Below, piece by piece: positions 1-13,195 of a DNA stretch of 64,000 nt. The notes beneath the pieces are model-generated. The model saw only the letters and a program-made list of their open reading frames with translations, did not search any database and was not told where the DNA came from. The DNA lies in the NCBI RefSeq assembly GCF_009914755.1, contig NC_060936.1. One strand, 5' to 3'. This stretch comes from the human T2T-CHM13v2.0 reference genome, Homo sapiens. Positions within the stretch are counted from its first letter, which is position 1. Each line of letters starts with the position of its first letter. A program made the position numbers and the translations under genes.

Positions 1-578
1 AAGGAGTCTAGGCTTCTCAGGGACCCTAAGAATAGTGTCTGCACTCACTGTTACATTGAAGGGTCTGGTCTTATCTCTCCGTGTGTCTTTTTATTTGGTG
101 TATGCTAAGGACATACCTGTTTGAGTTGGTAAAATAAGCTTAGAAATTTTATAACTTCTTTCTATGGAAAATGCTGCCCTGACTGGGCATAATTCTCACT
201 ATAAAAATTTGTCTCATCCTTCTAAGTATTAGCCCAAACATCAATTCCTCCACAGTCTCCCTTATTCTGTATCCATTTCTCCTTCCTGCATGCCCTAAGC
301 ACATTAACTGGACCTCTGTTTTGCATGTAGGTATTTACTTCAGGGACTATACATATTATACTGCTTTTCTATATCTGTATCTATTTTCTGTATCTATATC
401 TATTATAGTGCTTTTCTATATATCTATTGCATTTCTTTTCTCCAGACAAGTTATAAATCTCTTGAAAGCAAACGTCGTGTTAATTCATTTTTTATTTTCC
501 TTGATTACTTATTTTAGTAATCAATAAATATTTATTGAATTTAAATAATTTCTTATCCCCTTGTGTCCATATTTCAAC

Positions 579-689
579 AAAATCTAGATTAATGACAAAA
601 GTTTCCATAGAAAATTTTGACTGTAGCTTAATAAAATCTAGATTAATGACAAAAGTTTCCACAGAAAATTTTGACTGTAGCTTAATAAA
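579..689. repeat. Tandem duplication, 54-bp unit x2
   Basis: aaaatctagattaatgacaaaagtttcca(t/c)agaaaattttgactgtagcttaat repeated with 1 mismatch. Confidence 0.95.
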
Positions 690-749
690 TGTTCAACCAT
701 GTTGTAGACATATGTGATAACCTTAAGATATAAAATGACAGGGTAAATT

Positions 750-3700
750 TATGAGAGTGCATAAAATTCTTTATTTAGAACAATAAAGTATATGTATATA
801 TCATGTAATTTTAAATTCAAACCTGTATAAAAAAGGGTTGGGACATACACCTATTTTAAAAAGTACACATACAGTATATACACATACACATCACATTTTA
901 CAACCTTTTTTATTTAATTAAATTTCAGTCATAATAGAACTATTTAGAATAGTGTCGACATACATTTACATTATTATATGCAAACTCCAATCTATGACTG
1001 AACTGAGGGTATATCTGCGCATCCATCTAAATTAATACTTTTCAAGTCCATTGATTTAAAAAAATGGTGGCAAGTGGACACTATAATCACATATTAACCC
1101 TTAGAATATAGAATAGAATATTTTGATTGGAAAATTATATTTAGTGAGTATTGTAGCTCAGAGATCAAGTACTGGAAAACGGTGTGGTTTTTAGTTTAAC
1201 AGTTGTTTTAATTTTATTGTTAAAAACATCATAAGGATGTAGTTGGAGATGGCAGTTATAAATAAATTTACAATGCTTAGTAAACATTTCAGGATCACAA
1301 ATATCCATTTTAGCATGGATTATTTCTTGAAAAAAACACCTTGTTATAAAATGAAAGTACCATTATTTTATTTTTACAAACAAAGGCATTTCAAGACTAG
1401 TTAATGGAAAGCAGCAACATTATGAATTGTGTGATCAAACTCCACAAATGAGCTAATTAGAATTTCAATCCGAATGGTTTTATTTTAAAGCCAATTTCAA
1501 AATAATATTGTTTCAAAGATAAGCTGGTTTACTTTAGATTTCTTATCCCACTTTCCAATTTTAAAGTGTAATTAATGAATTACCCCTTTATAAATTGATT
1601 CTAAAATATCTTTTGGCATTCAAAACCTTCATGAGCATTTTACATTTTCTGCTCTTAGTTTTCAATAAAATGAGAAGATTTAAACGCTCACTTTGGTGCA
1701 TTTCCAAATGTTACACACATCTTATAGTTTCTCATCCTGACTAATATGACTAAAACGTACTACTGGTTTTCATTCTTTGGAGGTGATCCAAAATGTTTAT
1801 TCAAGCAAAGGAAAAAGCCATCTCTTGTGTAAATGGTGATCCAATTCACCCTACTTAAGACTGAATTTCACTTTTACTAATGGACACTATTTACATTAGA
1901 AACAAGAACAGCAATGACTTTTTATGGTCAAGATACTTATTCACAGAATCCAGAGTTGGATATTTTGTATGGGTTAGTTTCAATGCTATTTTGTCTTCTT
2001 TGTCGGTCATATTGCAATAGGACTCACCCCTAAGGAGTGATCTCTGAGTTTACCATATAGATAAATAAAAAATTGAGACCCAAAGAAGAGAGGTGATTTA
2101 CCATATCAGTTAATGACAGACTGGAGGCTCCGGATATCTTTTGCAACATCCATCCCACCATGCCAAAATGCATTTTTGAAGAATATATTTTTTAAATATA
2201 CATAATGCCTAAAAGCTCCAAACTGAAATTACATTTTGAAATGAAAACTTGGCTGCAGTAAAATATTTTTAAAATCCATGATTTCTGAATGAGTTTTTCT
2301 CTTTATTTATAACTTTAGTTGAATTAGAGTAGGAAAACGTGCCCCAAAGTTTCTCCAAAGTACTTTAAAGCTCAATGAAATGTATTTAATTCTTACTAAA
2401 ACCAATACTTCATTAGGTATGCATATTTCTTCATAATTTTCTTTTCACATACTTTTTAAGAGAATAGGCTACTTGTTCTATTATTGTATTGAAGAAAAAT
2501 TAATTTTTCTCTGACTCATTAAAATGTGGCAGTGTGGTAAGCACATTAAATTACAATACAATATCCAGGAACACTTCATTATCACTCAGGAGGCAACATT
2601 TATCATAAAGCCATTTTCTAAATAGACCTGGTTTCTACCAAAGAGGTGCAAAGCTTTCAGTATCATTGAGAATCTACAGACTTCTGAGATCATTTTAAAA
2701 GGTAATTTTGAAACCTTCCAAGATGGAACTGTCAGATACATGGCACCAACTGAAAAGGCGATTTCATGGTTTACTATCTCAGCAGTGAGTTTTCCATGAT
2801 TTATGAAGAAGGATATTCAGAACACATCTGGGATAAAATAAGCAAAGATAAATATATATTTTCATCTCAAAGCAGAAATAACACAGTTAATGTCCAAGCA
2901 GCTAGCATCCAAAATAATGTTCAGCATTTTTCTATTGTTCATGCATTTTATTCAACTTTAGTGTTTTAAAAATTGGCAATCCATGTAACTTTCAATGGAC
3001 CAACACATTTAATAAGCAGGACACATCTCCCCTCTCCTACCATGTCAGATTTAATAACTTGCTGAATTTGTTTATTTAACTCCATTGATTAAGACCATGT
3101 CCATGAGTGTTAAAACCCAGCTACTAGGTTTGAGGACAAAAGTACACATTTATTATACTCTTAAGCACATTAAGCAGGATTTTCATATGCTCAAGCAAAC
3201 TGAAACCATTGGTTAAATAAATCAAACTACTAGATTGAGAAGTATCTATCTTCTCAATCTATACACAACCTACACGCATAACTCATATTAATCTGTATCT
3301 ATTTTCCTGAAAACAGTCAATGCCACACACTGAGACAGGACCTATCAGCAATTTAAATTGATCTCTGGTTTTATTACTAATCAAGTGTACCATGTGATAT
3401 CTGAGGGCCTGAACACCTTAATGCAGCTTCTCAAAGCACCTGGGTTATATCTTAGAGAAATTACTCATATTTAAGGAACCACAGCATGTTAGAGAAGAAA
3501 GGGACTGTAGGAATCATCTGGGCTCTTTGGTACAAAAAAGAGCAAAGGCCACTTACTGGAGTTGCATCTGGATTTGCTTTGAACAGAAGCTAAAATCCAA
3601 ATATACTAGAAATTCTTGGACTTTTGAAATGAAAGGAAAGCTAGCAGTTAGTTTTTCATGCCCTTTTGTGTCACTACATTGAAAACTGTCATCTTACGGT

Positions 3701-5140
3701 TGTAGAACATGGCAATAATGTTATCACAAAGATTAAGTTAGAATGGAAAGCTTTGGATTCCTTTATGTGTACATTCAAGACATGTTAAAAGAACTTTCAT
3801 CAAAATAAACCATAAGAAATCATTCTTTGACTTTAGTCAGATGTTTTCTTATTATAAAAAAAATTGGCAAGGGATATTCACATAATGTCTTACAAGTTCT
3901 AGTTTAAAAGCACAATGTCCATCTTGGGAATTCCTGCCAAATTCACTCTTAATATGACAAACACTGTCACACATTTTAAATAGCAAACTGACATGCATAA
4001 CTACATAAAGCTTTCTTTTTAATTCATAAACCTTAATGAATATAGAGTGCCCGATTTTAACTAAATGGATCCTTTAAACAGATAATGGTGATTATACTAT
4101 AAATAACTAAAGTTTCCTGATTCCTTGCATTATAAGTAACCTAGTTTTCAACACCCATTTTAGCATGTGGGCGTGGTTTTCTAACCTTAGATACTAAATG
4201 TCATAATTTATTTTTAGGCTCTCCCATGGTGGAAATTGAAATGGGACCATCTTACATTCAGCATTTTCTCCTAAGTCCCTTTACATAGCTCTGTAATAGT
4301 TTTAGAATATAAACACATCATAACACATTTTGCAAACACGATTTATACACCCTATAGTGGTCAAGGGAAAAGGCGGACTTTCCCAGGATGCCAATGTCCT
4401 TCTTGGCAGACTGTTCTGATGTTCAGTGTTCTTAACTTCTTCCTGCGATGACTCTTTTGGAGTCTCCCCTCTGCCAAGGCATAATTCAGTACTGGCTCCC
4501 TTGCATAAATGGAACCAGGCAACCATTTGCATTTGTATAGTGGGATATGGGTGAGCATGGTTTACATCAGGAAGAGATCGAAATCAGACCCATATCACTA
4601 ATCGGCAACTATAAAGCTGACATGTTGCCAAATCCAATCACAGTTCCCACTGCTTTCTACACTGTACAGTGGCTGACACTACTGAGTTTTAAACATTTTT
4701 TCTAGATCCCTTTGAGAAAAATTGTTACCCTCACTATCCAAGCTGAAATCTACTTGCAGAGACCAGGATAACTACAGGCTGCAGTTTGTATCTGAAGAAT
4801 AAAGCTAGGTGTTTTTTCAGCATTTAGACATTTCTGGAGCCATGCAAATGGTGCATGCAGTCTGAGACACGTGCTTTCTCTTCCAACATCAGCTGCAAGT
4901 TCTAAATGAGACCCAAGTCCCGCAGTCCTTAAAATAGAGTCCTGCTCCATGCAAGTTCTTCTTTATAGATGATTAATTCAGTGCCAGTTTCACAGTAAAA
5001 CATTCTGTTCCAATTTCTGAATCATCCATATAAAGTCATGGGTAGCAAGAACAGATAAAGATGTGGTCTGTCACTCCAGACAGAATATGAATTTGTTTAA
5101 AGCTGCTTCATTTATGAAGCAAACATGAACTGTTACCAGC
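750..5140 (-). other. KITLG: KITLG terminal exon 10 (non-coding, ~4.4 kb 3'UTR)
   Basis: Pyrimidine tract plus TAG acceptor at 5141-5143, then GCTGGTAACAGTTCATG, which matches my recollection of the KITLG mRNA; AU-rich with no recognisable Alu/L1; 3' end approximate. Confidence 0.85.
770..775 (-). terminator. Likely distal polyadenylation signal AATAAA of KITLG
   Basis: tttatt on + strand, U-rich sequence beyond it, and consistent with the expected mRNA length; other AATAAA hexamers exist further up the UTR. Confidence 0.6.
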
Positions 5141-5329
5141 CTAGAAAGGAAGGAAGAAAAGAGAGATTATGGTGTATCTGCCTTCTGCCTTTTTAAAAAT
5201 CTCAATAGCCGAAATCATATATGACCACAGAATGAGTAACAAATTTGCAATGTATGCTTCACTTATATAGCAGAAAAGAACTTCATAAATATTTTCTTAG
5301 ATGCAGTGATCAGTCATTTTCTATGATCT

Positions 5330-5495
5330 CCTTGGTAACACATTATCTGAAACAATCTTACTTTTTGTTTATTATCTATGTCCTCCCATTAAAATGTAAG
5401 CTCCATGAGGGCAGGGAGCTTCTCTATCTCTTTTACTGCTGTACCTCCACTCTTATAATAATGTCTGGCACTTAATAGACACTCAATAAATATTT
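5330..5495 (+). mobile_element. L2 LINE 3' end fragment
   Basis: tgtaagctccatgagggcaggga...tctggcac...ctcaataaatattt, typical L2 terminus. Confidence 0.8.
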
Positions 5496-6532
5496 CACCC
5501 TGTGACTTTCATACCTCCTGACATTCTACCAATGATCTCAGTTTGTGATAATATAATTATCAACTTAGTTAGCTTTGAATTTCTCTAGCAAGATTATAAA
5601 AGGTAGTAAACAGGGGTGAAGGGAGAAGGATTGACGAACAAAGTGTCTGGAGAGTGGAGATTAGAGAAATGGAGATAGATGGAGTAGCATGAAAGAGATC
5701 CCTAAGACAGGTGGAGAAGCTGGTCAATGGCCACCAACAAGTAATAGCCTCACATGGCCACTGAGCCGCTCTAGTATCTTGACTATCTAGTTAGGTTCTA
5801 GCAATCATTTCTTCCAGCTGAGGAAATAGCAGCAGAAAGATTTCGTTCAATACTTCCAACCAAAAAAAGAAAGACTGTAATCTTGGCACCGCATCCCAAC
5901 AAAGTTCTGGGGAAAGTTCGTTTGGCCTCAGCATAGCTTATTGTACTTGTTGAAGCATGAAAGCCATATTTTGTTTTAGTTATTCAGTACTTGTGTTAAT
6001 CTACTAGCTTTCAGATGTTTCAACTTTCCAGTAAAGTATTTGTATTTCCTTCTCTACTTAAAAAAAATACATATAGATGGTATCATCCCATCTTCAATCC
6101 CAGTCTCTAAATAAATGTGTTTTGCATTTCTCGTCTTCTCTGCTCAATCTCTTTCACTACTTTTGTCCTTGTTTATCAACCCAGCATCACAGATCACTGT
6201 TTTTAAAGTATTGAGATCATTACACAGATTAGCCATAAAATTCCATAGTGTAATAAGAATTGCAATATTTTTCCAGTCTCTCTAAATGTAATATATTAAA
6301 AACTGTCTTATACAACAATTTACCAAGCAGAGAACTCTAGAAGCTAGACAACCTGTATTTAGGAAATCAGAATTAAATCTAGAACAAAAATTAAGAGATA
6401 CTAAGATAAAACTTCAGAAATCCAAAATATATAGAAGATATTTTAAAAGCATGGTTAGAAAGCAAAAGGGAATCACAAAAAGCAAAAGGATGTATTTTTT
6501 AAATGTATAAATAATTGGAAACACAAAGCTTA

Positions 6533-6864
<332 letters not shown>

Positions 6865-8737
6865 AGAGAATTAAATGTAGAGAAGATTGGAAATCTATTT
6901 TTGATTTTTGTCCCCGGGTCACTTAGCAAAGAAAATAAACGTAAAGACTGGCACCTGTTTTCCCATAGAACAAAACTACAATTTTTATAATGATAACCTG
7001 GGTTCTTGCAAGAACCCTTGTGAAATAAGAAGAGTACATTTATCACTAACCCTCATTACACATGAAAAACCAGGGTTTAAAAGACATGAACTGATAACTG
7101 ATATAAATTCATCTAGTATTCTACACCAAAGAGTCAAGGCTTGAATCCAAGCCTAATCCTTTCTAATCATCTGCTTTACAATGTATCTACAGAAACCAAA
7201 CTCCCAAAGCTTTGAAAGTCTTAGGAAACATCTAGCAAAGAATCACAGGTCTTGCTATTTGGTAACCAACCATTGCCAAGCCTTGAGGCCTAAATTTCCA
7301 AGCTTGTCTTCAGCTTGTCCTTTATTCCAATTCTAAGATTTATTTTCTTCCCCCTTAGCTCAGATATACCAAAATTTTGTTTGTATTTCTTTAGTGAACC
7401 TCTCCACAATCAAACCCATGCTATTTACTATCAACCACACGGGGCCATTTCTGTGACTAAGCAATTTCTCTTTCAAGGTCTCAAATAAGATTCTTTGCAG
7501 ATAACTCTCAAATTGCAAATCATTCTTTCCAGGCCTGACTGTTATCTGAAGTTCCAGTCTAACATATTTGGCCACTGGTTAGTTTCAATAATATTTACCA
7601 ACAGCTTCTTCTCCTGATTTTCCATTTCCTGTTAATGCCACCGCACTCTGGTAAGTCCCATAGTCTCCAAATCATTCTTGAGTTCTGCCTGTGATGCCAA
7701 GTCTCACATCCCATTAGTAACTAGGATTTGTTGATTCTTTTACTGCAATGTCTTCAAATGGTCTATGCTTTCTTATTTCCTGGCCCTGATGCTAATTCAG
7801 TTGTCATTCTCTCTCACATCTTATTTAAAGACTGGCCTGGTAAGTGGACTCAATTTCTCTAGTTAACCACTCCCGTACATCTTGCCATACCAACACCCGA
7901 TTAGTTTTCTCACACCTCAGCTTTGATTGTCACCCACATCTTTCCTACACCATTTTCTCCCAATACCTCCTTATGTGACACAAGGCATTTAAGCCCCATT
8001 CCTGGAATTCAAACCCTTTCTCAAACCGATGCTCACCCTTTCTTCTCAGCATTTAACTCTTTATATGTGACTTCCACTGGAATCCAACTGTCCAAACTGA
8101 CCCTTGAACACAGTTTCTACTTTGGGACTATACTGACTTAGTTTACGCCATGTGCTCAGTACAGATGCTACCTCCACCACTTACAAAGTGAAGCTTTTCT
8201 CCTATTGTTAGTGATTTCTCTCTCCTTTCAAAAATAGGTAACTGTATTTGGGTGTGCTCAATTCTAATATGTCATTCATTCCAGTATCTAGAACTGTGTT
8301 GAATTCACAACTTGTATGAACATATGCAGAGGCCTGGACTTTGATCAAAGTAACTCTGTAAACTTTTAGTTCACTTTTAAAAATTGGTTATTATGTATAT
8401 GTCTGATTTCCTTTTGTAGGCTATAAACAATTTGAGGACACAACAAAGTTATATTAAGCTTTGCATCCATCAATGCACCTGCTAGAGTTTGTTGGAATCA
8501 CATTTGTGGGAAGAGTAAAGAGCAAAAGTTTCCTGTAACGTATTAACATAAAGTTTTTAATGTAATCCATCTGTTTTATTTATCTATCTTAATCTTTGCT
8601 ATCCACAACCCAATATGAAAAAGGTTTTTGTAGGATGCTACTATGGATATTTGGCATAAGCTATGTGACCAAGTAAATTTTTAACTTTTCACATAGCTGT
8701 TCTCACGCATGGTGTCAAATAAACACACTTCAGTTAA

Positions 8738-9038
8738 TTTTTTATTTTTATATTTTGAGACCAGGCCTTGCTCTATCACCCAGGTTGGAATGCTGTGATT
8801 TGATCATGGCTTATTACAGCCTCAACCTCTCGGGCTCAGGCAATCCTCCTGCCTCAGCCTCCTGAGTAGCTGAGACCATAGGTGCATACCACTATGCCCA
8901 CCCAATTTTTAAATTATTTGTAGAGATGGGGTCTTCCTATGTTTCCCAGGCTGGTCTCGAACTCCTGGGCTCAAGTGATCCTCCCACCTCAGCCCCCCAA
9001 GGTACTGGGATTACAGGAATGAGCTACCACTCCTGGCC
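8738..9038 (-). mobile_element. AluJ-type SINE
   Basis: Reverse Alu with ctcctgggctcaagtgatcctcccacctcagcc. Confidence 0.93.
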
Positions 9039-12000
9039 TATTTATTCCTAGGTGCAACTTTTTTTGTTGTTGTTTCTAGTTCAATACATTCCTTCCACGT
9101 TTGTTCCTTGTAGTTAAGATATTAAACCCTCCTTCTTTTCATTTTCCAATTATAGGTTATTTCCTTAAGAGAACTAGCCCATATGTTCTCTATTCTAGTG
9201 TTCCAATATTTGTCTTGATTTAATTTGTTTTAGTTGGTGAAACTTCCATTTCAGGGAGAAATCCTTGCCATAAACCTGAGTCATTCCTTGTATTTTTCCC
9301 CTTCCTTGTTAACCAAGAAAATGATTATAATCCAAATTATATCTATTTTTTAAATGTATAATTGCAACTCCACATTTTATTTCTGTCTTGGCATTTTTTA
9401 CTACGGTTATTCTTATTTTTTAGAAGATTTTCTCTCCAACCACATCACAGTTTGTTCTCCCAGACCTTCCCTCTACTACACACCTATCTAGGAACTAGAC
9501 TTAAGAGTTCCTTGGAGGGTTTTCCATCTCTGCTGGTAGAAGGCCAAATGTAAGGGTTTACTTCATATAATGGGTAGTCAATAGATGATTACAAATGATA
9601 TACACACATTTTTACTTTGGGGTTTTCAGATTCTGAGGACGAACTGGCCCTTTTCTACCTCTTTTCCTACTTTTCCCTCAGCATTTGAATTCTTATGTAC
9701 TCATAGACACATACAAGTTTATTTCTGTTTTTATTTTCATATATTTTATTCTCATCTTATTGTAATTCTGAGATATTCATTCATCTTTCCATTAATTTAT
9801 TCAACAAATAGTTATTCATCATTTATATGTGCACAGTATAAGTGACATTGTTTAGTGGGGCTCCAAAACTAAATTAAGAAAAAAAAATCCTGCCCCCTAA
9901 GAGTTTATGGTTTTGAAAAGGGCACAAAATGTTCATTTAGGTGACTGTGATGTCCTACCAAGTGTCATATGAAATCTATTTAGAGGGCCAGAAATAGAGA
10001 TTATTTTCATTTGGGAAGTCAGGTTTTTGTAGGTGGCAGTATGTGACCTGAGCCTTGGTGGAGCTTTGCAGAGATGACGAGTAAGGCACTTTGTGAAGGA
10101 GAATGAGTCATGTTTTCATTCATTCTGCCATCTATTTCCCATTGACTACTGAATAAGTGAGCTGGGTTTTTTTCTGGATAATTCTGGCTTCTTTAACCTG
10201 GCTAATGTGATTCATTTTATACATGAGTAATAATTCATACCTTAAGAAAAATAATTTATTAGTTAATTTCTCATGTGATTATATTCCCCCTTGATATGCA
10301 TACCTTGCTGTCTCATTAATCCAACCCAATACATTAAATACACACATTCACACAAAAGATAAAAACAAACCCTACTTCAGAAGAACAATCTTCTTTGCCA
10401 TTTGCTTAAACTTTCATTTAGGGCTGAGTCACTCACTCAGTCTCTCATTCAACAAACATTTATAGAGAGCCAACAATGCACGGGCAGCAAGTTAGGTGTT
10501 GAGGGTACAGCAAGAAACAGAAAGACCTAACTCTTTTCTTGGAATGCTAACTGACTATTCAACACATTCATAAGTTGTTTGACTATGGTTGCTTTAAAAT
10601 ACCATCTTTTTTCCTCCTAAACAAATGGCCTGGGTTTCCGTATCCTAATCCACTCCCAAATGTCATGGGACGAATGTCGTAATTAAAACCACATGATTAA
10701 AGACCTGTGTGCCAAAACAGGATCCCAGCAATGCAATCCCAAACCAAACAACAGAGGACATTACTTGAGCATTTGAGCATTTAAGACTCAATTAACCATT
10801 TAATGTGTGGTTTGTGAATGCCACTTGAGAGAACTGAAATGGCTGTCAAGAAGAAGAAAAGGAAGGAAAAAAAAAAAGAAAACAGTGAATCTCATCTTAT
10901 GGTTCAAAGGCAAAAAAATGAATTTCTAGGAAAAAGCATGGTTTCAGCTTGGGAAATATTGCTTCGGAAAATAAAAAGTGTCAAGCAAACGGTCTATCCA
11001 TTTACATTATTTGACAGGAAGAATGAGCCTAGAAAGAAGTGGCAATGGGCAGCAGAAAATAGAGGGTGCTATTCATGCTACGGACATGTTAATCAAGAGT
11101 ATGATTGAAGGTAAAAGTGACAGAGTGTGTAGAATAAAGTATTACAGTGTTAGAGAAATGTGCAACATAATTATATCATGTTATCTTGAGTTGTTAAAAA
11201 ATGTTGCTGTATAACCATAAAAGTAAGCTCATACAGGAGGCAAGATAATTTATGACTCAGTTCCACTGAAGAAGATTAAGTCTAGAGACAAATCTCTGAA
11301 CCTGGGACAGGAGTTAAAGCTGGAAGGGCAGTGACTTGCAGGGTAAAGAAGGAATCCACCACAGACTATCTAGGTAATAAAGAGGAGAGTAAATAATCCT
11401 TTGACAATGAGGGAATGCACAGAAGAAATGAGGAATTTGAAAGAGGAGAGAATATTCGCATGCAACTGTGGTAAATGCTCTCAGGATTCCATGCCAGTAA
11501 CAAAAATAACAGCCAATTAGCAGAAGCAAAAGTGAGGGACAGCATGAATCAATACTGATTAAGTTAATGCAGCTGTGGGTCTTCCCGCAACAGTATCTGC
11601 AGCAAGGGAGCAGAGAAAGCAGACGGGACAGGAGATAATGATACCAGTACCTTCTAGCCACATCTTACTCTCCTTTCTCCCACAATCCCTCCGCAGACCC
11701 ACACAGTCACAGCACCTGTCTGCCATGCGTTTATGTTCCGTGCATCCTGGGCTCTGAACTATTATAATGCATAATTATTACTAGTCATGTGGAAGGTGGC
11801 AATTGACCTGGAAAATCTTACTCTCCTGACTCTAAGATATTTGGATGTTTTCTCTTTTTCCTGAAAATGGCAGGGAAACATTCTGGTTTTCTCTTGTTTC
11901 AGCATCTAACACATGGGATACAGTCATGTTATAGTGGTCACACCTAAATAAAATTGATTCCATATATTTTTATTCTATTAGTAATACTTAATTTTAGTCC

Positions 12001-12301
12001 TAATTTGCTATATTTCCCTTGTCTAATTAATTTTCTGGTCTCAAAAACAGTCTAAGTAAACATACAACTGTTAATTTTTGTGCATATCCCACACTAGATG
12101 AATCCACTAGTCAGGACAAACACTGCTTACCTTTCAAAACTGGAGAATACACAATGAATTAGATATGCACATTTCAATTATGTAACAGCTTCAGCCAACA
12201 TACTGACATCTGCTTGATAGAAGACTTACTAATGAAGTTTGTTTCTAAACTTTGGCATCTCATATGCTGTATAGTTCTTGCTAAATATTTCAGTTTGAAT
12301 T

Positions 12302-13110
12302 AAAATTTTTACAATCTACCCATCTGACAAAGGACTAATATCCAGAATCTGCAAAGAACTTAAACAAATTTACAAGAAAAAATCAAACAACCCCATCAAA
12401 AAGTGGGCGAAGGATATGAACAGACACTTCTCAAAAGAAGATATTTATGCAGCCAACAGACACGTGAAAAAATGCTCATCATCACTGGCCATCAGAGAAA
12501 TGCAAATCAAAACCACAATGAGATAACCATCTCACACCAGTTAGAATGGTGATCATTAAAAAGTCAGGAAACAACAGGTGCTGCAGAGGATGTGGAGAAA
12601 TAGGAACACTTTTACACTGTTGGTGGGACTGTAAAGTAGTTCAACCATTGTGGAAGTCAGTGTGGTGATTCCTCAGGGATCTAGAACTAGAAACACCATT
12701 TGACCCAGGCATCCCATTACTGGGTATATACCCAAAGGATTATAAAATTATAAATCATGCTGCTCTAAAGACACATGCACATGTATGACTGAGGCTGGAA
12801 ACCATCATTCTGAGCAAACTATCGCAAGGACAGAAAACCAAACACTGCGTGTTCTCACTCATAGGTGGGAATTGAACAATGAGAACACTTGGACACAGGG
12901 TAGGGAACACCACACAATGGAGCCTGTCATGGGGTGGGGGGAGGGGGAAGGGATAGCATTAGGAGATATACCTAATGTAAATGACGAGTTAATGGGTGCA
13001 GCACACCAACATGGCACATGTAAACATACGTAACAAACCTGCACATTGTGCACATGTACCCTAGAACTTAAAGTATAATAAAAAAAAGAAAAAAAAAGGA
13101 AAGAAGAAAA
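12302..13110 (+). mobile_element. 5'-truncated young L1PA 3' end with internal deletion and A-rich tail
   Basis: ORF2 3' end and 3'UTR (atcgcaaggacag, ggagatatacctaatgtaaatgacgagttaatggg, cctagaacttaaagtataataaaa). Confidence 0.95.
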
Positions 13111-13155
13111 AAACTTACCAATGTACGAAAGTAACAGTGTTGATACAAGCCACAA

Positions 13156-13195
13156 TTACACTTCTTGAAACTCTCTCTCTTTCTCTTGCAACATA
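13156..13195 (-). CDS. KITLG: KITLG exon 9 coding part (C-terminus and TAA stop); the exon continues as UTR to 13119
   Basis: (S)MLQEKEREFQEV*; stop at 13156-13158; donor GTAAGT at 13113-13118. Confidence 0.97.

Noticed and set aside
12785-13155. ORFs here and at 43959-45208 and 51125-51421
   Set aside because: Fragments of L1 ORF2/3'UTR in either orientation; no intact L1 ORF
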